A stretch of 64,000 nucleotides of DNA from an uncultured delta proteobacterium (GTDB taxonomy: Bacteria > Desulfobacterota > Syntrophorhabdia > Syntrophorhabdales > WCHB1-27). A program made the position numbers and the translations under genes. The notes under the pieces were generated by a model, which saw only the letters and a list, made by a program, of their open reading frames with translations, was not told the origin of the DNA and did not search any database. Location of the stretch: assembly GCA_963810935.1 (NCBI GenBank), contig CAWEPK010000008.1:704001-768000 (forward strand), given 5' to 3'. Of this stretch, positions 38,794-48,277 are shown in pieces. Numbering within the stretch: the stretch's first letter is position 1; each line of letters begins with the position of its first letter.

Positions 38794-41291
38794 CACTCCT
38801 CCCTCAGTTGCATGTGCGGATACGTGCGCAGCACCTTCCAGACAGGATAAAGAGCGGCGGCGAAGCTCGCGAGCAGCGCCGTGGCGGCGGCGGTCAGGTA
38901 CGGACCCCATTCGGGGTAAATGAATATAGTCCAGTTGAAGCTCTGAAGGTTGATCACCTTTATCAGTATCACCGCGAGGAGTGTGCCCGTGACTGCCGCG
39001 AGGCCCAGGCTGACTACGCCCATCGCGAGCCCTTCGAGGAGCGTCATAGCAGCCACCTGGCCGACGGAAAAACCCAATGCGCGCAGGATGCCGAATTCGC
39101 GCTGCCTCTCGACGAAGAGCGTCAGCAGCGCGCCGGCTACGCCAAAGAAGGCAACTACGATAGCAAGCATCCGCATCGAGCGCGTAACTGCGAAGGTCGA
39201 GTCGAATACGGCGAGAATCCTCCCGTGCATCTCGTCGCGGCTGAACGCGGGCAGACCTGCCGCTACGGACCTCCTCCGCACGTCATCGAGGATGCGCGTT
39301 CTATCCGGGTTTGCCGGGTCTATGAAGACGCCCAGGCTGTTCACGGTGCTGTCGCCGAAGGCGGCCGCGTACGTGGACCAGTCCATCATGACCAGGCCGT
39401 GCTCGGTAGTATAGTCGTAAAAGACGGCGGCGATCTTCAGCCGCACGGGCCCTGCCCTGCCGGGCAGCTCGATCGTATCGCCGGGGGCTACTTTAAAGCC
39501 CCTGCAAAAGCTCTCCGAGACCGCCACCTCGCCGCGCTTCACCGGGTCCCAGTTCTCGTTGCCCCCTTTGAGCCAGCCGAAGTGCGTGAAGCGCTGGAGG
39601 ACCGCCGACCGGACGGCAGCCACGGTTATCACTGCGCCGCGGTACGTGACCGGCGCGTTCCTATACGGGTCGATACCGGCGACCCCTGGTACTGAGTCGA
39701 CCTCACGGCAAAAGCTTTGCGGCACCTCGATGCCTTCGGAAGTACTGCCGACATAGAGGTCCGCCTGGAGCTGCGTATCCATCCACCAGATAAGCGACTG
39801 CCTGAAGCTGCCGATCATCGAGCCGAGGCCGACGGACATGGAGAGGGCCACCATGAAGGCGGCGATGGCGACTGCCGAGCGCCCGAGGTTCTGCCTTATC
39901 GTACCTGCCGCCATGCGCCCCGCGATGCCGCCTACAACGCCGAATGCCGCTTGCAGCGCCGGGCCTATCCGCACGAGCACGGCGCCCATCATGAGGCTTG
40001 CCGCGAAAAGGAAAGTGAACGCCGATGCGAAGCCAACGTAGACGTGCATGGGCGACAGGAGAAGCAGAACGGCAGTCAGGCCGAGGACTGCAAGGCCGAT
40101 TGTCGCAACCCGCTGCACAGCCGCGGCAGCCTTCCTTGTTGCGGTCTTGGGCTGCATGATGCGGACCGGATCGAGGTGCGAAAGCTCCATTAGCGGAAAG
40201 AGGCTCCCAGCAAGGCTTGCGGCGACCCCGAAGAGTGCACCCCAGCCGAGGGTCGCCCAGGACCACGGAAGGGGGACAGGCTCGAGGAAGAAATAAAGGT
40301 TGGTAACGGTGAGTCCGACGAGGCCGGTGAGTACGCGGCTCAAGAGGTAACCGCCCACGCCGCCCAGGGCCCCTCCGACGATGCCGAAGATGAGCATCTC
40401 CGTAAGGAACGCGCGGGCCACCTCCCCCCTTCTCGCCCCCACGCACAGCAGGATCGCCGCGTCTCTCCTGCGGCTCGCGACAGCGAAGGTCGCGGTATTG
40501 TAAATGAGGAAGACGCCGACAAAAAGCGCGATAAGCGAGAGGGCCTGGAGGTTGAGCCGGAAGGCGCGCAGCATCCCGGCGTAAAGCTGCTCCCTTTGCC
40601 GTACGGACTGCGACCGGAAGCCGTTCTGCCACGCAGACAGGAACGCCGCCTCGTCGCCGACTATCAGGTCTACCCGGTCGATCCGCCCGTCAAGGCCGAA
40701 AATCCGCTGGGCATTGCCTATGTCGATGACGAGAAGCGGCTCGGGCGACAGGGTCGGAAAAGTTGAGAGGAGCTTGAATTCCCCCCGCGATGTTTTGACC
40801 GTATCGCCCGCGGACAGGTGCAGGCGCGCAGCGGTGTTCGCATCCATGAGGACCGTGCGCTCGTCCAGCAGGAATGATGACTGCCGGTCCGTCTCCGTGC
40901 GTATATCGCGCCCGTCTGCGGGACGCGGTGCGAGCATGTGCGGCCTTATTGCCCTGTCGAGGAATGGGTCGATGCCGAGGAGCCGCACGGGCTCCCCATT
41001 GTCGAAGCGCATCTTCCGGTCGATGACGGGAGCAAAGGAACGGACGGACCCGTCTTCCGCAAGGCGCGCCAGGACCCGCTCGTCGAGGGGCCCGGCGACC
41101 GATTCAAGGGAGTGGGTCGCCCGGCCGTTAAGATACTCAATGGCTGCAGAAAAGCTGACCATCGCGGCGCGCGCGGAAAAGATCATGCCGATGGCTGCGG
41201 CAACGCCGCACGTGATACCTGCGATATGTAGCAGGCTCAACGAGCGCCTCCGCGGCAGGTAGCGCAGGAAAGCCTTTGTGACCGTCTTCAA
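38793..41291 (-). CDS. FtsX-like ABC transporter permease (double domain)
   Basis: Two MacB/FtsX repeats (RRRDAAIL, RQREFGILRALG); TTG start overlaps upstream stop. Confidence 0.9.
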   Translation of the reverse strand: MKTVTKAFLRYLPRRRSLSLLHIAGITCGVAAAIGMIFSARAAMVSFSAAIEYLNGRATHSLESVAGPLDERVLARLAEDGSVRSFAPVIDRKMRFDNGEPVRLLGIDPFLDRAIRPHMLAPRPADGRDIRTETDRQSSFLLDERTVLMDANTAARLHLSAGDTVKTSRGEFKLLSTFPTLSPEPLLVIDIGNAQRIFGLDGRIDRVDLIVGDEAAFLSAWQNGFRSQSVRQREQLYAGMLRAFRLNLQALSLIALFVGVFLIYNTATFAVASRRRDAAILLCVGARRGEVARAFLTEMLIFGIVGGALGGVGGYLLSRVLTGLVGLTVTNLYFFLEPVPLPWSWATLGWGALFGVAASLAGSLFPLMELSHLDPVRIMQPKTATRKAAAAVQRVATIGLAVLGLTAVLLLLSPMHVYVGFASAFTFLFAASLMMGAVLVRIGPALQAAFGVVGGIAGRMAAGTIRQNLGRSAVAIAAFMVALSMSVGLGSMIGSFRQSLIWWMDTQLQADLYVGSTSEGIEVPQSFCREVDSVPGVAGIDPYRNAPVTYRGAVITVAAVRSAVLQRFTHFGWLKGGNENWDPVKRGEVAVSESFCRGFKVAPGDTIELPGRAGPVRLKIAAVFYDYTTEHGLVMMDWSTYAAAFGDSTVNSLGVFIDPANPDRTRILDDVRRRSVAAGLPAFSRDEMHGRILAVFDSTFAVTRSMRMLAIVVAFFGVAGALLTLFVERQREFGILRALGFSVGQVAAMTLLEGLAMGVVSLGLAAVTGTLLAVILIKVINLQSFNWTIFIYPEWGPYLTAAATALLASFAAALYPVWKVLRTYPHMQLREE

Positions 41292-42052
41292 GGCGCGGCC
41301 CTGTCGCCTGGCGATACGGGCGCGGCCTCGACGATGGCGCCGTCCTCCATGCGCATTATGCGGTCTGCGTACCGGCCCGTCGCGGGACTGTGGCTCGCCA
41401 TGATGAGGGTCGTGCCGGATGCGCGGCAACGGCCTTGTAAAAGCTCAAGTACCTGCTCACCCGTCCTGCTGTCGAGGTTGCCTGTAGGCTCGTCCGCCAG
41501 AATAATGGCCGGTGCCTTGACTATCGCCCGCGCTATGGCAACCCTCTGCTGCTCCCCGCCGGACAGCTCGTGGGGATAGCGCGCCTCTTTGCCCTGAAGT
41601 CCTACGTCCGCAAGGGCGGCAACAGCCCGGCCCGCTTCGGGTAACCCTGCAAGCTCAAGCGATAGATAGACGTTCTCGAAAGCAGTCAGGGTCGGCAGGA
41701 GGTTGAAAAACTGGAAAACGAAGCCGAGGCGCATGCGGCGCAAGCGCACGAGGCCCGCCTCGCCCATTGCGGCAAGGTCGGTCCCGTCCACTTCGATGAT
41801 GCCGCTTGTCGGCCGGTCGAGCCCGGCGAGGAGGTTCAAAAGCGTCGTCTTTCCCGATCCGCTCTTACCGAAGAGGGCGACGATCTCTCCCGCAGCGACT
41901 TCCATACCCGCCCCACGCACGGCGTTGACCTCTTCACGCCCGTCCTGGACGTACCGCTTCCAGACATCGACGACCCGGATAGCGGGCCCCGGGTGCGGGC
42001 CTTGAGCGCGTAGGATAGGCGAGACTAAAGGGGCGTTCGGCACGGACTGCAT
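41288..42052 (-). CDS. ABC transporter ATP-binding protein (LolD-like)
   Basis: GKSGSGKT, LSGGEQQR, ADEPTGNLD. Confidence 0.95.
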   Translation of the reverse strand: MQSVPNAPLVSPILRAQGPHPGPAIRVVDVWKRYVQDGREEVNAVRGAGMEVAAGEIVALFGKSGSGKTTLLNLLAGLDRPTSGIIEVDGTDLAAMGEAGLVRLRRMRLGFVFQFFNLLPTLTAFENVYLSLELAGLPEAGRAVAALADVGLQGKEARYPHELSGGEQQRVAIARAIVKAPAIILADEPTGNLDSRTGEQVLELLQGRCRASGTTLIMASHSPATGRYADRIMRMEDGAIVEAAPVSPGDRAAP

Positions 42053-42059
42053 TACCTTT

Positions 42060-42173
42060 CAATTATTGGGGCTCGCGTCGCCCCCTCCCGCAGCAAAGCT
42101 GCCGGAGCCTCCCCTTCATAAAAAGGAAGAGGCATTCTAACGCATACCAGTTATTGGGGCTCGCGTCGCCCCC
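42060..42173. repeat. Dispersed repeat copies 2 (42060-42134) and 3 (partial, 42152-42173)
   Basis: AATTATTGGGGCTCGCGTCGCCCC + CTCC..GCAAAGC..GGAG + CCCCTTCATAAAAAGGAAGAGGCA. Confidence 0.85.
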
Positions 42174-42277
42174 GGTTACCTATGTGCCGGGGGCGCGTCG
42201 TCTGCATAGTATAGGTGTTTTTGCCCCGCCGGTAAAGCGACGGTAGAAAGCGCGAAAGACGCGCCCGAAAGAGCGCG

Positions 42278-42658
42278 TCAGCGCCGCCAGTTGGGAAAAG
42301 CTGGGGGCGCCGCGCCTGCGGAAGGATTATAGGGCATGCCTGCGCTCGTGTTGGGGTCAACCTGTGTGCGTGTGCCGGTGTAGACCTCGAAGGCCTCGCC
42401 GGACGGGACCTGCGGCTTTTCCTGCGCAAGGTTGCCTCGGGGCGGCAAAGCAGAAAACGGGCTTACCGGCCCGGCCTTTTCCGCCTCCAGCCTTTCTGTG
42501 CGCCCTTCGCCCCAGGTCTCGGGAGGACCGGCCGGGAGGGGATAATCGTCCTGCGCCCCTGCGGGCGCCGCGCAGACAGCGAAACAGGCGAAAGCCAGGG
42601 CAGGGAAAAGAAGATGCACGGGGAGGAGGCTGCGTCTCTTCGCTCTTTTGACTCTCAT
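42278..42658 (-). CDS. Hypothetical exported protein
   Basis: Basic N-terminus, hydrophobic signal ending AGA-Q. Confidence 0.5.
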   Translation of the reverse strand: MRVKRAKRRSLLPVHLLFPALAFACFAVCAAPAGAQDDYPLPAGPPETWGEGRTERLEAEKAGPVSPFSALPPRGNLAQEKPQVPSGEAFEVYTGTRTQVDPNTSAGMPYNPSAGAAPPAFPNWRR

Positions 42659-42968
42659 GTGTTTTGTGCCCTCTAACCAACTATATAGCCGCATGCAGCA
42701 GACGGCAAGGGCTCGAGGCGCACCCCGCGCCTGCATATCCTTCCGAGAGGAGGAGAATGGCGACATATCCGGAGGCCGTAATTATTATTTAACTGTAAAG
42801 CTACCCTGCAAAGCGTAAAGGCATCTTTACGATGCGGTGCGACCAATGCGGCGGACGGATAGGTGGCCTTACCCTGTTCAGCGCGTCAAAAGCGCGTTTG
42901 CGGGCGGGTTGAATCGCTTGTGTTAAGTTGGTATACTTTTTGCTACATCTTTGTTAGAGGTACACACC

Positions 42969-43457
42969 ATGAAAAAACAAGTCACCATTTGTTTTCGGAC
43001 CAGCGACGACCTGCGGGGCGCGGTGGAGGAAGTGGCCAAGCGCGACCATCGCTCCCTCTCTTCCGCAATAGAGCTGATATTAATGGAATACCTGAGCAGG
43101 AACTCTGACTACCCCCAGCAGCACGAGCGCCGGCGGTACGGCCGCAAGCAGGTATCGATACCGGCAAAGATAAAGACCACAGACGCGAAGAAGAAGCAGT
43201 ACAGGGCGACGATCCTCGACATATCATTAAGCGGCCTGCGCCTCTCGATGCCCAAGGAGTCCCTGCCTCAGATCTACGAAGGTGACGAGACCCCCAAGTT
43301 CGAAACGTCGTTTGTACTGCCGCAAAATGACAAGGGCATGCGGATCGTCTGCAAGCCCCAGCGGGTAGTACCTGTAGACGGCAGCATCCAGGTAGGCGCA
43401 AGCTTTATAGACACGGAGTTCACGCAGTATCAGGAGTTGCAGCAGTACTTGATGTAG
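42969..43457 (+). CDS. Ribbon-helix-helix / PilZ fusion protein
   Basis: N-terminal VTICFRTS..L...A....RSLSS.IE..L RHH; RRYGR and DISLSG PilZ motifs. Confidence 0.8.
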   Translation: MKKQVTICFRTSDDLRGAVEEVAKRDHRSLSSAIELILMEYLSRNSDYPQQHERRRYGRKQVSIPAKIKTTDAKKKQYRATILDISLSGLRLSMPKESLPQIYEGDETPKFETSFVLPQNDKGMRIVCKPQRVVPVDGSIQVGASFIDTEFTQYQELQQYLM

Positions 43458-43486
43458 GTATACCGTATCCCAAATTAACGGGAAGG

Positions 43487-43804
43487 TCGGCGCTCAGTCT
43501 ATCTCGGTTATTGGCGCTTCACTCGCAATTACCGGGGCTCGCGTCGCCCCCTCCACGAACAAAGTCCGTGGAGCCACCCCCTCATGAAAAGGAAGGGGCA
43601 CGGCGGCACGGTTTATCGCAATGATATCGGCGCTCAGTCTATCTCGGTTATTGGCGCTTCACTCGCAATTACCGGGGCTCGCGTCGCCCCCTCCACGAAC
43701 AAAGTCCGTGGAGCCACCCCCTCATGAAAAGGAAGGGGCACGGCGGCACGGTTTATCGCAATGATATCGGCGCTCAGTCTATCTCGGTTATTGGCGCTTC
43801 ACTC
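43487..43804. repeat. Perfect tandem array: 2 x 140 bp + 38 bp, containing repeat copies 4 and 5 and three copies of the pncB 3' end
   Basis: 38-bp TCGGCGCTCAGTCTATCTCGGTTATTGGCGCTTCACTC at 43487, 43627, 43767; identical 102-bp intervening segments. Confidence 0.95.
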
Positions 43805-45531
43805 ATCCATATCTCATGGATCGATCGGAATAGGTCCTCGCTGACGGAGACCTTGTATGGCGTGGGGTTGACTGCGCGCATGTGGTCGGGCCGCATCTCG
43901 GATATCTGGTCGATCGCGTATTGGCGGACCGTGTCGAGGGACGGGAAGGCGTATGTCTGCCGGCCGTCCCACATGCAGTGGTGCAGGGGAACAACGCTTT
44001 TCGGGATCACGTAGGCACGCTTTGCTTCACTAATAGGATGACGGCACAAAATACGCTCGCCCGCCTCCGGCGCCGGTTTGCCCGCCTCCACCATCAAATC
44101 GAGCACGGGTTGCCTGTTAGTGCCGATAAGCCTGTATGCCTCTTTCCTCCCGGGGATCGTCATCTTGTTCACCTCGTCGGACAGCTTGATCCTCGGGTGG
44201 CCGTTAAGGGCGACGAGCTTGTAAACGCAGCCTAGGGCCGGCTGCGCCTGGCAGGTGACAAGGTGCGTGCCTATGCCGAAGACGTCGATCTCGTGCCCCT
44301 GCTGCGTCAGAGAAAGAAGGATCGATTCGTTGATGTCGTTGCTCGCCATGATCGACATGTCCCCGAACGAATCGACGGAGAACGCATTGCCCACCTTGCG
44401 GAAAGTTTTCCTTGCCTCCTTCGAGAAGTAGGCAAGGTCGCCGGAATCGAGCCTTATGCCGACCGGATTGTAGCCGACGCGCAAAAGCGCAAGGGCTACG
44501 CATATGAAATTCGGCAGGCCCGACTTCAGGGTGTCGTAGGTATCGACCAGGGCAAGGAAACCGTCTTTGAAGGCAATGGCGTACGATATGAACGACGCCA
44601 GCTCTCCCTCGTGCGTCTGCCCGTAACCCAACCGGTTGCGGTAATCGAGGACCATTTCGACAAAGTTATGCTTCGTCCCGTCCGGACCCTCCAAAGTCGG
44701 GTCGGCGATCTCGCCGAGGGACGAGAAAGAGGCTACATAGGAGTGCGCCATCGTCCCCTTCGTCGGCAGGCCGAACAGCTCGCCCGCCGCTACGTTGCTC
44801 GTCCCGTTGAACCCGCCGATATAAGCGTAGCGCGAAGCGGAAATACCTCCATCAGGCCCCTGCGCCCTGCGCAGGCCGAACTCGACGAGCCCCTTGTCGG
44901 TGCCGGCGGCGAGCCTGAAACGGGCGGCGTTCGTCGCGAGCAAGCTCGGGAAGTTAACCAGGTTGAGGAACGTAGTCTCCTGCATCTGGGCTATGCACAG
45001 GGGGCCTTCGACCCTGATGAGCGGTATCCGGGGGAAGGCAAGGGTGCCTTCCGGCATAGCGTATACTTTCAGCTCCGAGCAATCGGGCTGTTTAAGCCAA
45101 TCGAAGAAAGCGGGGTCGCACCCGGCCATAGGGCCGGTGATGGCGAGATCGCCCCTGGGACGGGCTACGGGCTGCCAAGCGCCGATACCCCTTTGGTCGA
45201 AGGAGAACTCCTCGAAGCTGCCGTCTTTCTCCCTGACGAAGCCGTTCTTCAGGCCGGTCTCGAATCCGTACTCAAGCTCGGCCTTGCGCTTTATCGTGCC
45301 GTCGCGCAGGAACGCGATGTCTGAATCGGTGAACCTGAAGGCGTGGAGCGAGCGGATCACCTCCTCCAGTCCGGCGAATATGGTGAACTCGCCGCCGAAG
45401 GGGTTCTTTCGGAAGAAGAGGTCGAAGACCGCCTTGTCCCGCTCCTTGCCGTTCTTCCAGTACCCGTACGCCATGGTAAGCTCGTACAGGTCTGTGAGCG
45501 TAGGCTTTACGAATGCATCAGTCGGCCTCAT
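43774..45531 (-). CDS. pncB: Nicotinate phosphoribosyltransferase
   Basis: TDLYELTM, EFGLRRAQ, GTMAHS, LVDTYD, IRLDSGD, GCVYKL. Confidence 0.93.
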   Translation of the reverse strand: MRPTDAFVKPTLTDLYELTMAYGYWKNGKERDKAVFDLFFRKNPFGGEFTIFAGLEEVIRSLHAFRFTDSDIAFLRDGTIKRKAELEYGFETGLKNGFVREKDGSFEEFSFDQRGIGAWQPVARPRGDLAITGPMAGCDPAFFDWLKQPDCSELKVYAMPEGTLAFPRIPLIRVEGPLCIAQMQETTFLNLVNFPSLLATNAARFRLAAGTDKGLVEFGLRRAQGPDGGISASRYAYIGGFNGTSNVAAGELFGLPTKGTMAHSYVASFSSLGEIADPTLEGPDGTKHNFVEMVLDYRNRLGYGQTHEGELASFISYAIAFKDGFLALVDTYDTLKSGLPNFICVALALLRVGYNPVGIRLDSGDLAYFSKEARKTFRKVGNAFSVDSFGDMSIMASNDINESILLSLTQQGHEIDVFGIGTHLVTCQAQPALGCVYKLVALNGHPRIKLSDEVNKMTIPGRKEAYRLIGTNRQPVLDLMVEAGKPAPEAGERILCRHPISEAKRAYVIPKSVVPLHHCMWDGRQTYAFPSLDTVRQYAIDQISEMRPDHMRAVNPTPYKVSVSEDLFRSIHEIWMSEAPITEID

Positions 45532-45571
45532 CGGTTCTCCCTGCCCATTTATTATACCAGTTTAATAAATT

Positions 45572-45711
45572 AATGACCCCGCCGCAAGCGGCGGGGTATC
45601 GAATCAAAGCAAGCGTAGCGCCGCGCATAGGGGGGAGGCCGGGGCACCCGCCCGACGTAAGGAGGGAAGGGTCACCGCTTTGCCGACGGAGGGGGGTGCT
45701 GCACCCCAATG
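45572..45711. repeat. Dispersed repeat copy 6 (long variant)
   Basis: ATGACCCCGCCGCAAGCGGCGGGGT + AAAGCAAGCGTA + GCTTTGC hairpin + GGGGTGCTGCACCCCAAT. Confidence 0.8.
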
Positions 45712-45732
45712 ATTGCCTCATTGATTTCGCCC

Positions 45733-46008
45733 CCTTACCTTCCTTTTTCACAGCAATTGTGCAAAAGATGTGAAAAACATGTGGAAGCCGGTCGCTAACA
45801 TATCGTAATAACATGCTTTTCAGCGTTCTGCCTCATCCTTAGGCAGCGCAAAAAGCCCAATCCTTTCAAGAAGTATTCAGAAAATTGAATGTCATGGGTG
45901 TCGCATTTCGTGCTGTTTGTCGCTCGAAATAACATCCAATTATATGGCATACTTGCCGAACACCGCTTTTCACTCCCCGTCTTTCGGCCTGTTTTGCCGC
46001 TTTTTACG
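45733..46008. repeat. Diverged ~275-bp non-coding direct repeat, copy A
   Basis: Colinear blocks shared with 48003-48277: CCTTACCTTCCTT, GAAGCCG, AGCGTT.TGCCTCATCC.TAGGCAG.GCAAAAA, GTATTCA, TGAATGTC, CCCCGTCTT.CGGCCTGT. Confidence 0.85.
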
Positions 46009-46129
46009 GCCTCCCCTTTTGCCACTCGATTTGCCCTCCAAACCACTGCGAAAGACGATCCGCCCCCGGCACGCCGATTGCTAAGGTCCGCCTTCTAGCT
46101 TAGTGCGATAGCCATCTCGTGTTTTTAGC

Positions 46130-46212
46130 GAGAGGGGAGGCCGGGGCACCCGCCCGACGCAAGGAGGGAAGGGTCGCGGCTTTGCCGGTGGAGGGGGCGC
46201 TGAGCCCCAATA
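46130..46212. repeat. Dispersed repeat copy 7
   Basis: GGGGAGGCCGGGGCACCCGCCCGACG...GCTTTGCCGGTGGAGGGGGCGCTGAGCCCCAATA. Confidence 0.85.
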
Positions 46213-46300
46213 GCTGTGACGCGAGCCGGCCGCACAACGCATCAGTACAGTTTTTTCTACGGTAATTTTTCAGAAGACATCGCGACAATTACGCGATGAA

Positions 46301-47938
46301 CTATGCATCGAACGTGAAACTCTTGCTCCCAAAAAGCCCCAGGCATATATCGACGATCTTCTCGTCGTAGAGTGTCCCCCTGCCCTTCTTCATCTCCTTC
46401 ATCGCCTCCGCATTTCCCAGCGACGCCCGGTACGGTCTGTGCGACGTCATCGCCTCGATCACGTCGGCTGCCCCGATGATCATCGCTTCCTGGCTTATCT
46501 GCCCGCCCGCAAGCCCATTGGGATACCCGGACCCGTCTATCCTCTCATGGTGCTGCAGCACGATCTCCGCGAGCGCATAATCGAACTCGACGTCTTTCAA
46601 TATCTCGTAGCCCGCTTTGCAGTGGTCTCTCAGCACTGCGAACTCATGCTCTGACACCTTGCCGGGTCTCGTCAGGATCTCCGACGGGACATAGATTTTG
46701 CCCACGTCATGTACCGTGGCCGCCACGTAGACTGCCTCCGTATGCTCCCTCGTAAAGCCGAGTTTCTCGGCTATGGCCGCCGTAAGCTTTGCGACTTTCT
46801 GCTGGTGCCCGGCCGTATACGGGTCCCGGAACTCTATCGCCCTGGACAGCGCCTTGACGGCCCCTTCCATCACCCGGTGCAGCTTGATGAAGTTACGCCG
46901 CATCTGCTCTTCGTTCTGCTGCCGGGCCGTTACGTCCTGGACAAACCCTTCATAGAAGAGGTTCTCGGACCCATTGCGGACCGCACGGACGTTCATAGAG
47001 ACCCAGATCCTCTCCCGGTCTTTCCTGTAAAGCTCCGCCTCGAAGGAGGTCACGCGCCCCTGGGACGCAAGCAACCGCTTTAGCTCGGCGCAGCGGTCCG
47101 GCTCTACAAAGAGCTGCGGTTCCAACCCGGCCGCAACCTCCATCATCTCCGCCGGCGACTGATAGCCCAGCATTGACGCCAGGGAGTCGTTCGCCATGGT
47201 ATATTTCCCGTCATCCGTCGTCTGGAATATGCCTTCGAAGGCGTTCTCGAACAGGCTGCGGTACCTTGTCTCGGTTTCTTCCAGCGCCCTGTCTTTCTGC
47301 TTCGACTCGAATACTTCGTGGCGCAGGTTTTTGTTGGCCTTATCAAGCTCGCGCTTCCGCTCCACGACTTGGCTCGCGAGCCGGTCCCTCTCAAATAGGA
47401 GGTGCGTCTCCGCCTCTTTCCGGGCCGTGATCTCGTTGCCCACGCTCAGGACCTCGACCACCCGGCCGTTTCTATCGAGCACTGCCCTATTCGTCCAGAG
47501 CACCCAGACGCGGCTCCCGTCCTTCCTGATATTCTCGTTTTCGTTGATCGAGTAAGTGCCGGGGTCCTGGATGATGGATTCCATAAGCCGGGAGAGGTCT
47601 CTGCCTGAGGACTCGGCAACGGGCACCAGCGTCCCGATCACGCTTTTACCCACGATCTCTTCCTTCGTGTATCCGAAAAACTTTTCTCCGAACGCGTTGA
47701 TGAAGAGTACAGTCCCGGAGGTGCTAGTCCTGACGATGATGCTGTTGACGAAATCTACGATCTCCCGGTAGTCTTTAATGCGGCCGACTATGGCGGGCGC
47801 TGCTAAAGCCGCCGATCTTTTCGCGTCTTCAGCACCGGGCCGTCCGGCGGCCTCGAGTTTGGGTGCCCCTCGGCTGGGCGGCTTCCTGACGTTTAGTTTT
47901 ATCGTCCTTTTGTCCATCATTTCTTTTCGCATAATCAA
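46301..47938 (-). CDS. PAS-PAS-HD-GYP cyclic dinucleotide phosphodiesterase
   Basis: DPYTAGH, HDVGK, HHERIDGSGYP, RPYR. Confidence 0.92.
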   Translation of the reverse strand: MIMRKEMMDKRTIKLNVRKPPSRGAPKLEAAGRPGAEDAKRSAALAAPAIVGRIKDYREIVDFVNSIIVRTSTSGTVLFINAFGEKFFGYTKEEIVGKSVIGTLVPVAESSGRDLSRLMESIIQDPGTYSINENENIRKDGSRVWVLWTNRAVLDRNGRVVEVLSVGNEITARKEAETHLLFERDRLASQVVERKRELDKANKNLRHEVFESKQKDRALEETETRYRSLFENAFEGIFQTTDDGKYTMANDSLASMLGYQSPAEMMEVAAGLEPQLFVEPDRCAELKRLLASQGRVTSFEAELYRKDRERIWVSMNVRAVRNGSENLFYEGFVQDVTARQQNEEQMRRNFIKLHRVMEGAVKALSRAIEFRDPYTAGHQQKVAKLTAAIAEKLGFTREHTEAVYVAATVHDVGKIYVPSEILTRPGKVSEHEFAVLRDHCKAGYEILKDVEFDYALAEIVLQHHERIDGSGYPNGLAGGQISQEAMIIGAADVIEAMTSHRPYRASLGNAEAMKEMKKGRGTLYDEKIVDICLGLFGSKSFTFDA

Positions 47939-48002
47939 CCGACAATATCAATGAAAAAGCGGGACGCTCCATGCTGAAAGGAAGTCGGCAGTCAATTCGA
48001 CA

Positions 48003-48277
48003 CCTTACCTTCCTTGTTAACAAAATGTGTGAAGAACGTGAGGAAAACTTGTTGAAGCCGATCTTTAAGGCGGCGGTATCACTTGCCTTTTTAGCGTTAT
48101 GCCTCATCCCTAGGCAGTGCAAAAAACGCCAGTTGTTTCAATGGGTATTCAAGAACCTGAATGTCCTTTATGTCCCTGCTTGTCGTTTCTGACAGTCAAA
48201 ATAAATGCGAGCCTTATTACGGCTTGCCGGACACCTGTTTTCGCCCCCGTCTTACGGCCTGTCCCGCCGTTTTTACG
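48003..48277. repeat. Diverged ~275-bp non-coding direct repeat, copy B (HD-GYP upstream region)
   Basis: Colinear with 45733-46008 at about 2270 bp offset. Confidence 0.85.

Noticed and set aside
37675..42052. ABC ATPase + FtsX permease + AttH cluster as a novel system
   Set aside because: A widespread, already described attEFGH-type gene arrangement.
43487..43804. CRISPR-like repeat-spacer appearance (38-bp DR x3)
   Set aside because: Spacers are identical and 102 bp long, the DR is the pncB 3' end, and no cas genes are present; it is a tandem duplication.
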